A DNA stretch of 64,000 nucleotides, taken from the NCBI GenBank assembly GCA_014728085.1, contig WJMF01000020.1, forward strand, positions 74,608-138,607. The letters are read 5' to 3'. Below are positions 9,922-20,400 of the stretch, piece after piece. How positions within the stretch are numbered: the first letter of the stretch is position 1; each line of letters starts with the position of its first letter. The notes beneath the pieces are model-generated. The model had not been told where the DNA came from, searched no databases, and saw only the letters and a list, made by a program, of their open reading frames with translations. Made by a program: the position numbers and the translations under genes. Source of the DNA: Candidatus Zhuqueibacterota bacterium. Lineage in GTDB: Bacteria > Zhuqueibacterota > Zhuqueibacteria > Residuimicrobiales > Oceaniaggregativiventaceae.

Positions 9922-11154
9922 TTATTCATAACGCAATGCTTCAATGGGATTGAGTTTGGCCGCCTTGCTCGCCGGGTAGATACCGAAAAAGATACCGATG
10001 ACGGTGGTAAAAGCCAATCCCAGGAATACAACCCATGGCGTGATTACAGCGGGAATAGGTGAAACAGAAGCGACGAGTTTTGCCAGTCCAACAGCACATA
10101 AAATACCGATAAACACACCGATGGCGCAAATCATAATGGATTCTATGAGAAACTGTACCATGATATCAAATCGCTTGGCGCCGATCGCTTTGCGAATCCC
10201 GATCTCGCGCGTTCTTTCGGTGACGGACACCAATAGAATATTCATAATACCGATACCACCCACCAGGAGCGAAATCGATCCGACTCCAATGGCAACAGCC
10301 CACAGAACACCGGTCAGGTCATTATAGGTGTCCATTAGCATACTTTGTTTGTTAATGGCGAAATTGTTTTCATCACCCCCGCTTAATCCGCGTATCCTCC
10401 GCATAACGCCGGCAAGCTCGATTTCCGCATCTTCGACCAGGTCCGGTGATTTTACCTTTACTTCCATTTGTACCGAGCGGTAACGCGTTCCAAAAATCGA
10501 GGCAAAAGTGTTGATCGGGATAAACACCCAGGTATCAAAATTATTGTTGAAAAATGAACCTTTTTTTTCCCGCACACCGATAACGCGCATTTTTCGGCCT
10601 TCGATCGAAACGCGTTTGCCGATAGGATCGGTATTGGGAAATAATTTTTGAGCCACTTCCCAGCCGAGAACGCATACCGAGCGACGATGATCAACATCCG
10701 TGGACGTAAAAAAACGGCCGTATTCAGGATAGGCATTTGAGGTGATCAAATAATCCTCTGTGGTGCCGACGACAATTGAACCTTCGAGCTTGCGTTCGCG
10801 ATATTGTATGTTACGTCGCGTATAGAGAGCCGGTGCCACAGCTTCCGCCAGGCGGGAAAGCTCTTTAACGCGTTCAGCTTCATGGATTTTGATGTTGGGC
10901 CGGTTACGATAGGCAAAATAAGTATCCCTGTCCATAAACCAGGAATATTTATCAATATAAAGCGTATCAGAACCGAGTGCGCTGATTTCCTCGGTAAAGG
11001 CTTTGTTCAGGCCCTGTACCAGTGCAACAATCGTAATAACGGTCATTACACCGATGACAATTCCCAAAGTGGTTAATATGGATCTCATTTTATAGGCACG
11101 CAAGGCCGTCAGCGCGATTTTCAGGCCTTCTCCTATATAAATTAAAATTCTCAT
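9922..11154 (-). CDS. ABC transporter permease, MacB/FtsX family (second copy)
   Basis: Same architecture as 8663..9892 and clear paralogy (IGIRKAIGAKR / IGIRKSIGAKK). Confidence 0.85.
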   Translation of the reverse strand: MRILIYIGEGLKIALTALRAYKMRSILTTLGIVIGVMTVITIVALVQGLNKAFTEEISALGSDTLYIDKYSWFMDRDTYFAYRNRPNIKIHEAERVKELSRLAEAVAPALYTRRNIQYRERKLEGSIVVGTTEDYLITSNAYPEYGRFFTSTDVDHRRSVCVLGWEVAQKLFPNTDPIGKRVSIEGRKMRVIGVREKKGSFFNNNFDTWVFIPINTFASIFGTRYRSVQMEVKVKSPDLVEDAEIELAGVMRRIRGLSGGDENNFAINKQSMLMDTYNDLTGVLWAVAIGVGSISLLVGGIGIMNILLVSVTERTREIGIRKAIGAKRFDIMVQFLIESIMICAIGVFIGILCAVGLAKLVASVSPIPAVITPWVVFLGLAFTTVIGIFFGIYPASKAAKLNPIEALRYE

Positions 11155-11171
11155 AAGACAGAAATCCTGTA

Positions 11172-11864
11172 TTAAAGTGCCAATTCACTCTTTGCTTCAT
11201 CCCGCTCAACATAACCATCGCGTAAGCGGATGATGCGGTCTGAATGTTCAGCAATATATTCTTCATGAGTCACCAGAATAATGGTATTGCCGGCATCGTG
11301 CAGCTCTTCGAACACTTCCATAATTTCATCGCCCGTCTTGCTGTCGAGATTACCTGTGGGCTCATCGGCCAGTATAATGGAGGGATTGTTAACAAGAGCG
11401 CGGGCGATAGCAACCCGTTGACGCTGTCCGCCGGATAACTCGTTGGGTTTGTGGTGCATTCTATCTGTGAGCCCGACGCGATCCAGCGCATTCTCCGCCT
11501 GCTGGCGTCGTTTAGAAGAAGGCGTTCCGTTGTATATCAAAGGTAATTCCACATTGTGAAGGGCATTTGCCCGGGGTAACAAATTAAAGGTCTGGAAAAC
11601 AAAACCAATCTCGCGATTCCGGATTTCTGCGAGTTGATCGTCATCCATATCACTGACATCGACATCATTGAGGAGGTAGGTACCACTGGACGCTGTATCC
11701 AGACAACCGATTATATTCATCAAGGTAGACTTGCCCGAACCCGACGGACCCATGATGGCCACATACTCGTTTTGCCCGATATTGAGATCGACGTCCCGAA
11801 GGGCATTTACCGAAATGCTACCGATCTCGTAAACTTTATTGATATCCTTTAGTTGAATCATCAT
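11172..11864 (-). CDS. ABC transporter ATP-binding protein (MacB/LolD type)
   Basis: Walker [13 protein letters not shown] signature [15 protein letters not shown], and Walker [12 protein letters not shown]. Confidence 0.9.
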   Translation of the reverse strand: MMIQLKDINKVYEIGSISVNALRDVDLNIGQNEYVAIMGPSGSGKSTLMNIIGCLDTASSGTYLLNDVDVSDMDDDQLAEIRNREIGFVFQTFNLLPRANALHNVELPLIYNGTPSSKRRQQAENALDRVGLTDRMHHKPNELSGGQRQRVAIARALVNNPSIILADEPTGNLDSKTGDEIMEVFEELHDAGNTIILVTHEEYIAEHSDRIIRLRDGYVERDEAKSELAL

Positions 11865-11879
11865 ATAACTCGTCCTCTC

Positions 11880-13118
11880 TTAATCCAATTCGTCTTTCCG
11901 ATAGCCGATATCTTTGTTAACTTTTACCTCACTACCGTCTTTCAGCAACCGCGATAAGGCTTTATAGCTTCCGGAAACAACCATTTCATCTTCCTGCAAG
12001 CCGGAGACAATCTCAATGTTGGTGTCATCGCTGATACCGGTTTTGACCGGCCTGACATTGGCGATGCCCTCCTCCACCACAAAGACGACTTCAGTTTTTT
12101 CTTCCTTTTTTTCCTCCTCTTCGCCCTCTGAATCGGATTCTTTCTCTTCGGAAGAGCGTTTCGCAGAAACGTCGGCGCTGTCTTTTTTTACCTCCCGAAC
12201 CGTAACGCACTGAATCGGAACATATAGAATATCATGATGTGTTTCGGTCATGATATCAACCGTTGCGGACATGCCCGGCCTTAATTGTTCCACCGGCGAA
12301 GTGACGGCTACCTTGACTTCAAAATTTGTAACCTGTTCCTGTGTGCCCAGCCCCCGCGTTGTCGCCATATGAGCGATTTCGGATACCCGGCCGTTGAAAA
12401 ATGTGTCGGGGATGGCATCTACCTCGATATTGCACTTATCATCGATTTTAACATAGACAACATCATTTTCATCAATCTCGGCCAAAACCTCCATGCGATT
12501 TAAATCGGCAACGTTGAGAATCGGATCGGATTGGAACTGGGAGCCGACCGCGATCTCTCCCTCTTCTTTATAAACTTTAACCACCGTTCCATAGATAGGC
12601 GAAATCAGCCTGGTTTTTCGAAGATCGTCCATTGCCTGTTTCAGATAGGCTTCTGCCTGTTTAACCTGGCTCTCCGCAGACATGAGCTGAGCTTCTGCAG
12701 CATCCAGATCGGCCTGAGAGGTGAGGTCCTTCTTATACAGATCATTAATTCTTGAAAAATCAGCACGCGCTTTTTTAAGGGCAGCGAGAGCCGATAATTT
12801 CGACGACTCTGCCTGCTCAACGGCGGCCTCGTATCGCTGACGATCAAGCTCGACCAAAAGCTTCCCCTTGTTAACCGTTTCACCCTCTTCAACATGTATG
12901 CTCGTAATCTCCGCGGATATACGGGCGGAAATATCAACCTCCATCTCCGGCTGAACCTGACCCGAGCCGGATATCGTTCTTGTAATATCACCGCGCTTTA
13001 CCTCCACGGCAGAGATTTCAAGACCACCCGTTGACTGCTTGCGCAGATTAATAAAAATCATTACGGCAACGACGACAACCAGGATAATTGCAAGAATGAC
13101 TTTTTTCTGTTTCGACAT
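11880..13118 (-). CDS. HlyD/MacA-family periplasmic adaptor (membrane fusion protein)
   Basis: N-terminal TM helix, a long coiled-coil segment (AAVEQAESSKLSALAALKKARADFSRINDLYKKDL...) and barrel domains. Confidence 0.85.
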   Translation of the reverse strand: MSKQKKVILAIILVVVVAVMIFINLRKQSTGGLEISAVEVKRGDITRTISGSGQVQPEMEVDISARISAEITSIHVEEGETVNKGKLLVELDRQRYEAAVEQAESSKLSALAALKKARADFSRINDLYKKDLTSQADLDAAEAQLMSAESQVKQAEAYLKQAMDDLRKTRLISPIYGTVVKVYKEEGEIAVGSQFQSDPILNVADLNRMEVLAEIDENDVVYVKIDDKCNIEVDAIPDTFFNGRVSEIAHMATTRGLGTQEQVTNFEVKVAVTSPVEQLRPGMSATVDIMTETHHDILYVPIQCVTVREVKKDSADVSAKRSSEEKESDSEGEEEEKKEEKTEVVFVVEEGIANVRPVKTGISDDTNIEIVSGLQEDEMVVSGSYKALSRLLKDGSEVKVNKDIGYRKDELD

Positions 13119-13258
13119 TATTCAGCCTCATTTTTTAATACGTGTCTGTGTACCTGAACCACCGGCGAACGCAGCTGCAACAGGCCGGCACTTGCCGATT
13201 TTATACCTGCCGCTAAAGCGAAAATTTATACAATTTTTACTGCCGGTAAAACTCGTGT

Positions 13259-14668
13259 TTAATTTTCCTCCATACCCATAGCGGTTTCAAGTTCCGCTCT
13301 GGCAATCTTGGCCTCGTATTCTGCGCGAACATAGGCGCTTTGTGCCGATACCAGTTCAACTTGCGCCTGGGTCACTTCAAGCTCCGTTCCGGAACCCACC
13401 CGGCGCCGTTCTTGCTGCAAGCGCAAATTCTCACTCGCCGCTTCAATGTTTTCTTTGTTGATCTGCAAAAAATCGCGATAAGCTTCTAAATTTAAAAAGT
13501 ACTGCTTGACATCAACGGTCAACAGGCGTTTGGCCTCACGCAGGTTCTCCATAGCCATATCGTAATTAATTCTGGCTTTTTGAATAGCGGCCTTGTCGGC
13601 AAACCCCTTAAAAATATTAAGGTCGAGTTGAACACCGATGGTTGCGGTAAAATCTTCATTCAGATCGGTGCTAAAAACCCGCTCATATTGATCGTTATTG
13701 CGGCTGTAGGATATACTGCCGCCGATTGTGGGCATGTAACGCGCCTTTGCTGAAGCGAGATTATAGTAGTAACGTTTAACATCCATTTCCAGAGCTTTGA
13801 TGTTCTGATTTTCATCGATGGCGATTTCAAGAGCTTGGTCAAACGTGTACTCGGGAAAAATCGTCTCCGTTTCATCTTCCACAACCTCGACAGGCGTGCT
13901 CGGATCTATACCCAGGGCGCTGTTTAAATTGGCCCGGGCAATCTGGACCAAATTCTGTTGAGTAATATAATCCCGTTTATTGTTTCCCAGATTTACTCGT
14001 GCCTGATAGACCTCTGCCTGCGATGCCAGCCCGATATCCAGTCGCGTTTTGGCCTCTTCCACCTGCTCCTCGGCATAGTCAACCGCTTGTTTATAGACCT
14101 GTACCAATTTTATGGTTCTTAAAAGGTCATAATAGGATTTTTTTACATTCAGGATCACAGCAAGTCGGGTGTCCTGATAACTGTATTCGGAGGATGCTTC
14201 AATGGCTTTGGCGCCGCGAATGTTGTTGCTGCTGCGTCCAAAATCCCAGATATTTTGCGACAGCGATATTCGCGCACCATAGGAATTCCGTTCCGTGCGA
14301 TCCTGGGTGATGACCTGCTGTTCATAGATGACGTTTCCGGTTTCCGGATCCACCCCCCGGGGAACATCGGTCTTCATCCTTCTGGCACCCTGTATGTACT
14401 TTCCGGAGCTAATGCTGGAATTTATACGGGGTAAAACCGAAGACCAGGCAGAAGTAACATCCGCCCCGGCAAATTCGACACGACGCCCTGCATTGCGCAG
14501 AGTGGAGTTGTTTTCCAGTGCAATCTTGATACAATCCGGCAAATTGAGCGGCCTTTCATTCTGAGAATAAATTTCTTCCTCCTGAGAATAAACAGCGCCG
14601 CCCCATACCAGAATCGCTATGAAAATAATAATATAGTTTTTCAGCATACGCCAAACTCCCACAATCAA
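13259..14668 (-). CDS. TolC-family outer-membrane efflux protein
   Basis: Signal peptide and two repeated helical/beta halves typical of outer-membrane factors. It is first in the operon. Confidence 0.8.
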   Translation of the reverse strand: MIVGVWRMLKNYIIIFIAILVWGGAVYSQEEEIYSQNERPLNLPDCIKIALENNSTLRNAGRRVEFAGADVTSAWSSVLPRINSSISSGKYIQGARRMKTDVPRGVDPETGNVIYEQQVITQDRTERNSYGARISLSQNIWDFGRSSNNIRGAKAIEASSEYSYQDTRLAVILNVKKSYYDLLRTIKLVQVYKQAVDYAEEQVEEAKTRLDIGLASQAEVYQARVNLGNNKRDYITQQNLVQIARANLNSALGIDPSTPVEVVEDETETIFPEYTFDQALEIAIDENQNIKALEMDVKRYYYNLASAKARYMPTIGGSISYSRNNDQYERVFSTDLNEDFTATIGVQLDLNIFKGFADKAAIQKARINYDMAMENLREAKRLLTVDVKQYFLNLEAYRDFLQINKENIEAASENLRLQQERRRVGSGTELEVTQAQVELVSAQSAYVRAEYEAKIARAELETAMGMEEN

Positions 14669-14695
14669 ATTAATAGAATATTCAGATTATCGTCA

Positions 14696-15406
14696 CTAGG
14701 CTCCAACCAAACTTCCGATCGAAATGGAAACAACATAATACAGCACATACACCCCGATTACCCAGGGAACAACTTTTTTGACCTCGCGATTGCTCATGAT
14801 CGCAATTCCAATACAAAGCACCGCGATTCCCCAGATATTAAAAACTTCTACCTTGGATAAAAATTTGTATAAAAAACTCTCCGAAGATTGTAAAAACATC
14901 GCCACGCTAAAATGCACATCTATACTTTCTTTGGATAAAATAACAGGTACCTTGATATAGCCCCCCAGTAAATCAATAAAGGATTTATAAACGACCACCC
15001 CCAAAAGTTGTGAGTATTTGGCTTGTCCGCCGAGAATGATATTGGAAACAAACAACCATATACCTGCCAAAACAAAAAAAGCAACAAATGATCCGATCAG
15101 GGCCATCGGGTACATGAGAATTTTGCCAATGCCGAGATTTTTTTCAGCAATCTCTTCAGCCTGATCTTCCGCCATGCCCCTTTCCATCAGAGCTTCGACC
15201 GTTTTTTCCTTTTGAACATCCATGACCACAGGTTTGATCAGATGGGTCATTCCCACAGCCAGCACAGCATAAATGATCGCCGGAATCAGCCAGGCGGGTT
15301 TCACTTTTACAGCTTTGAAGGTTGCGCCAGGGGCGATGAAAACGTTAATGATGCGGGAAAAAAGTCCCATGCCCTGTTGTTGTTCAATAACTTGATTTTC
15401 TTCCAT
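14696..15406 (-). CDS. Yip1-family membrane protein
   Basis: Five TM helices, a glycine-rich N-terminus and Yip1/DUF1282-like topology. Confidence 0.55.
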   Translation of the reverse strand: MEENQVIEQQQGMGLFSRIINVFIAPGATFKAVKVKPAWLIPAIIYAVLAVGMTHLIKPVVMDVQKEKTVEALMERGMAEDQAEEIAEKNLGIGKILMYPMALIGSFVAFFVLAGIWLFVSNIILGGQAKYSQLLGVVVYKSFIDLLGGYIKVPVILSKESIDVHFSVAMFLQSSESFLYKFLSKVEVFNIWGIAVLCIGIAIMSNREVKKVVPWVIGVYVLYYVVSISIGSLVGA

Positions 15407-15504
15407 GATCCTACCCTCCAGTATCCTTTAAGTTACAATACCAGTTTAAAAGACGTAAAGCAGTTGAAAAAGTTTCAGGTTATATTGGATTATTCGGGAA
15501 AAGC

Positions 15505-16914
15505 TCAGATCAAATCTTTCTCAAGCTCAAGCAGATAGTCGAGAGCGGCATCGTGCTCGTTTGGAATATCCCCGTCTAGAATAGCTTCTTCGATCGCTTT
15601 CTTTAATTTCCCCACCAGCGGACCGGGTTGAAGATTACAAACCTTCATGATCTCGTCCCCCCGAACCGGAGATTGAAACTGGGCCAGACGATCTTTTTCT
15701 TTCACCTCCCGAATACGGTCCACCAGCTTGTCGAAATTGGAAAGGTGTCTGGCCACCCGCTTTGGATTGGCTGACGTGATATCAGCCCGACACAATGTTA
15801 TCAAATCATCGAGTTCGTCACCCGCCTGAACGATCAACCGGCGAATGGCAGAATCCGTTACCCCGTTTTCGGCAAGATGAATCGGGCGTAAATGCAATTT
15901 AATCAGTTTTTGCGCATAGTTTATCAGGTCATTGGAAACTTTAAGCCGTTTTCCGACGGGGACGATCAACCGGCTGCCCAATTCATCGTGTCCGTGAAAG
16001 GTCCAACCGGTTTCCGGTTTGAATTCCTTGGTCATCGGCTTGGCCAGATCATGAAAAAGAGCGGCAAAGCGAAGCCCGGTTTTTTCAGAAAGGGTCGCCA
16101 GGTTGTCGAGAACCTTGAGGGTGTGAAGAAAAACATCCTTGTGCTGATGCCTGCCCACCCGGTCAACGCCTTTTAATTGTTCGATTTCGGGGAGTATGGT
16201 CGAAAGGACGCTGGTTTCATCCATGAGCAAAAATCCCCGGGAAGGCTTTTCCGCAGCTAAAATTTTTAAGAGCTCATCCGTGATTCTCTCCTGGGAAATG
16301 ATTTCCAGGCGTTGCCGCTCCCGCCGTATAGCTGCCAGAGTCTTGGGTGCAATATCAAACTTCAGCTGAGTGGCAAAGCGAATGGCGCGGAGAATGCGCA
16401 AGGGGTCATCATAAAACGTTTTTACCGGCTCAAGAGGTGTTTCGATTCGTTTTTGCCGCAGAGCAGCGACGCCCTTGTACGGATCGATCAAATCACCAAA
16501 ACGAGCGCCGTTCAAAGCAATAGCCATGGCGTTTATGGTAAAATCCCTTCTCGCCAGATCGGTTAACAGATCTGCCTGTTCTACCACCGGCTTGCGGCTA
16601 TCCTGATGATAACTTTCCTTGCGGGCGGTTACAAATTCCAACGTCCGGTCTTCAAACGGGATCATCGCCGTACCAAAGCGTTTATATACAGTAACTCTTT
16701 TTAGATCGAAATGCCTGGCCAACGCTTCAGCCAGGAGAATACTATCGCCCTCAACGACAAAGTCTATATCGGTAACAGAACGGTCTAAAAAGAGATCCCT
16801 GACATACCCACCGACGACGTAGACATGAATACCTATTTGATCAGCAATGGTGCTGATCTCATGAAAAACGGGTTGCGCTTCAATGTGATCTGAAATTTGA
16901 TCAAGTGTAGTCAT
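15505..16914 (-). CDS. cca: CCA tRNA nucleotidyltransferase with HD domain
   Basis: Pol-beta-type motif GGYVRDLFLDRSVTDIDFVVEG, an RxxR head domain, and a C-terminal HD segment (FHDLAKP...HGHDELG). Confidence 0.85.
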   Translation of the reverse strand: MTTLDQISDHIEAQPVFHEISTIADQIGIHVYVVGGYVRDLFLDRSVTDIDFVVEGDSILLAEALARHFDLKRVTVYKRFGTAMIPFEDRTLEFVTARKESYHQDSRKPVVEQADLLTDLARRDFTINAMAIALNGARFGDLIDPYKGVAALRQKRIETPLEPVKTFYDDPLRILRAIRFATQLKFDIAPKTLAAIRRERQRLEIISQERITDELLKILAAEKPSRGFLLMDETSVLSTILPEIEQLKGVDRVGRHQHKDVFLHTLKVLDNLATLSEKTGLRFAALFHDLAKPMTKEFKPETGWTFHGHDELGSRLIVPVGKRLKVSNDLINYAQKLIKLHLRPIHLAENGVTDSAIRRLIVQAGDELDDLITLCRADITSANPKRVARHLSNFDKLVDRIREVKEKDRLAQFQSPVRGDEIMKVCNLQPGPLVGKLKKAIEEAILDGDIPNEHDAALDYLLELEKDLI

Positions 16915-17399
16915 TCTCTTCTGATATTTCGCTTTTTCACACCAACATCCTCCTGCAGGTTGCTCCTAAAGCTCGCACATGACGTTTTCTTCAAACGCTA
17001 AACAGCCCTGAACAATATGCGATGTTCTATCGCATCCGGAAATGGTTCACTCGAAGGAATATTAATTATTTGATTGGTTTTTGTCTTGTTTTTTTTAAAA
17101 AAAATAGTCATTATAATACTAAATAGACTTGTAAAGGGGGCTTGCTACTATTCAATATAGAATTCTGGGCCAGAAAAACAATCTTTTTCATTTTTGAAAT
17201 CTATTGTCTCATGAATGTACAAATGTTTCAGTAAAACACGACCATTTTTTATACCGTTTTCAAGACGTCAACATATCCTTGTCGTTGTTTCAAAAACTCA
17301 TGTTTACAATTGCAGAAAAAATCGATAGTTGCATCCCGGACGTTTACCGCTGGATCTGTGAGCGGATTTTTTTAATCCGGGATCAAACGCTGAATTAAA

Positions 17400-17415
17400 T
17401 GGCACTGTATTTGCG
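17400..17415 (+). promoter_or_regulatory. Sigma-54 (-24/-12) promoter candidate: TGGCAC-N5-TTGCG
   Basis: tggcactgtatttgcg has the correct GG-N10-GC spacing. It lies 68 nt upstream of the ATG of the large secreted protein. Confidence 0.5.
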
Positions 17416-17482
17416 TTGCACTAGCCAGTATGCCATATCGGCATCACGAGGCCGAATTTTGGTGAATCAACTGGAGGAAAAG

Positions 17483-20400
17483 ATGAAACCGAATTTCTAT
17501 CTATGTATATTGTTACTGTTGATCGGGTTTACCGCCCCGCTGCTGGCTCAGGAAGGTACCATTATCGACAGAACCACGGCAGACCCGGAAAAAAGCGGCT
17601 ATGCCCGTTGGATAAAACTGACCTTTCAAACCACACCGGGCGGCACCAACAATCTCAACGACAATTTTAACGGTGTCAAGTTTATGATCGACCTGAATCT
17701 CGACCGGGACGATAACGCGACAACACACACCCCCGGTGAGGTTTATGCCATTCGTGGCGATTCGATCAAGACGCACTTTAACAACTCTGGTGGTCAATTT
17801 GATCAGTATTTGTATTTACCCATCAGAGGGAATCACGATACCAACATTCGGCCACGCGTAAAACTGGAAACCACAGGTTCACTCAGAATCGGCGCTTTTC
17901 AGCTAACCATCCAAAACGATACCGGATATGAAACCTGCCGCGACGGCATCAAACCGAACCTGAGAATGGCGATTTATTATGATGACGGCAGTGGTTCATC
18001 CGGTCCCGAACCGCAAAGCCCGGGCAATACCACCGCTTTTGACGGTTATATCGACCGCATCGATATTATCTGGAGTGAACCCATGGATACAACCAATAAA
18101 GCGGTTAGCGGCGACATTTTTAATGGACTTGGCGATACAATTCTGCGAACGCAAACGACAGGTGGGTGGTACGATGACGAAAACCCCCTGACCTATGACT
18201 ATCAGAGATTTACATTTTACGTTATTTCGAGCACACCCAATACCGGTGTCTCCATCACCCTCACCTATCAGCCCCCCGTCAGCAGCCTGGACAAATTCAA
18301 AGCCAAGTTTCCTTATGATGGTGTCAATCGCTATGAAGCTGAAAGCCATTCCGTCACGGTTCAGGACAAGGCGGGGCCGGCAATTATCAGCGCAAAGACC
18401 GTCAGAGCACATGGTAAAAGACGTCAGCCTCTGGCCGACGCACTTACCAGCAAACGCGTACTGGTCACCTTTAGCGAAAAGGTCAATCGCGCCAATTTAC
18501 TCCTCGATGATCTGACCTTTACCGTTACCATCATGGGTACGCAGCAGGATATTTATGCCGTGCGCTTTCCCACCAGCGGATATAGTAAAACCTTTGAAAT
18601 TGAGCTGGATGATCCCTATTCAACCGAAAACGATACCGGCAGTATTCGTTATAGCGGCAGCTCCCTGGTTTCGGATATCAATGGCAATCTTAATGGCATT
18701 TCTACAGCCAACGAGCCACCCACGCGACCCGCTGCGGGCTATGGACGCCTGATATACATTTGGGATGGAATCCTGCCCAACATTATCCGCGTCCGTACCC
18801 GAGATGTTGCTTTGCCGGGCGAGCTGATCAACGGCGGCGCAAACGGATGGGGGGTGCTCGATTATGTCGATATTATTTTTGATCACACCATGGACACAGG
18901 GCAGCTCAGCACGAGCGGCTTTACTGTCGAAGGAGAAGGCATACAGGGCATCGCCGGGGTTGGAACCTGGTTTAACAGCACCACTTTTCGCATCCCCATA
19001 GCGGCAAGCAACCCCAAAATGCCCAATACCGGCGTATTGCCACAGGTAAAATATGAAAACCCGGAAGCGCCGAACGGCATGAGAGATAACACAAATTACG
19101 GCTATACCGAAGATGTTTTCTACAGCGATACGATGTTGTCGAACAGCAATTACCGCATCGTGGAAATCATCGATAACGCCGGTCCGGCCATATGGCGAGC
19201 GACCACCGCGAGTAAAAACAGCATTCGCATCACCTTTAGCGAAAAAATCAAAACCAATTTTCCCTCGAGCTCCAATTGGCCGACAAATCCCGCACATGCC
19301 TATACTTCACCAAAAAAATTCATCTGGTATGTAGACAATGTTGCCTCCGAGGATACAGGAACCGAAATTTTCTTTACCGGCATTCAGCCGAACTATCAAA
19401 ACAAAATTGTTTATCTGCACCAGACCGGAACGACCTGGACAAAATACGATAGCGGTGGAATCAATTTCACCGGCCAGGGTGTTGTAAGAGATATTGCCAA
19501 CAACGGCAACGATCAGTATGATAATGATACCAGTCTGAGCTCAAAAACAATTCTGGGATCGGATGTCAAGGTATACAGAGATACGATTGCACCAAATCTT
19601 GTTGCCGTTCAAACTGTAGATACCGATTTGAACGGAAAAATTGACGGCTATCGATTTGTTTTTGACGACACCTCTGCCGTTTACCCCAAAACCTCTTTTA
19701 ATACTGAAAACTGGTCGGTTATATCCTATTATACGCTGGAAACCAAAACCTTGCTTGGATTGGATGAAAGCGGCTATACCGTCGTCGGTTCTGATACCCT
19801 CTCGGTCTTGTTGCGTTTCGAAGAAACCCCGAATGACACGTTGAAAAAGAGAGCTTATCTCGGTGACACCGGCGATGTTCCCGATATCATTGTTGCGACC
19901 GGCCAGGGCCTTTCAGACTGGGCCGGCAATGTTATGGATCCATTGCCCATCGGTATAACCAAAGAACAGGACAAATCCGGTCCTGCCATCTGCAGCGCCA
20001 AAACCATCAGTCTCCAGGACGTCGATGTCTTTGTTAGTGAAGATCTTAAAGACAGCACCGTTTCCCGGGAGGATTTTCTGCTCAATATGGTGGTTCAAAC
20101 CCCGATTACAAGCACGTTGCCCATCATAACCGCCACAGAACAGACACCCGAAATGCACAGCAATCCGGAGGAGATCAAACATGGCCGCGTCACGCTTACA
20201 GTACCCCTGGTAAGTGCATGGCAGCCGGATTATGAAGGCTTTGTGGCATTTTCCTATCCGGGCGCGGTCTATGATCACGTCAGCAATGGTCCCGGTGTCG
20301 ATCCCATGATGGACAATCCAAATACACAGCTGGACACTATTAAGGTCGACGACAATGCCGCCAGTCAGTTCGATATTCATGTGAAAATACCCGGCAATCC

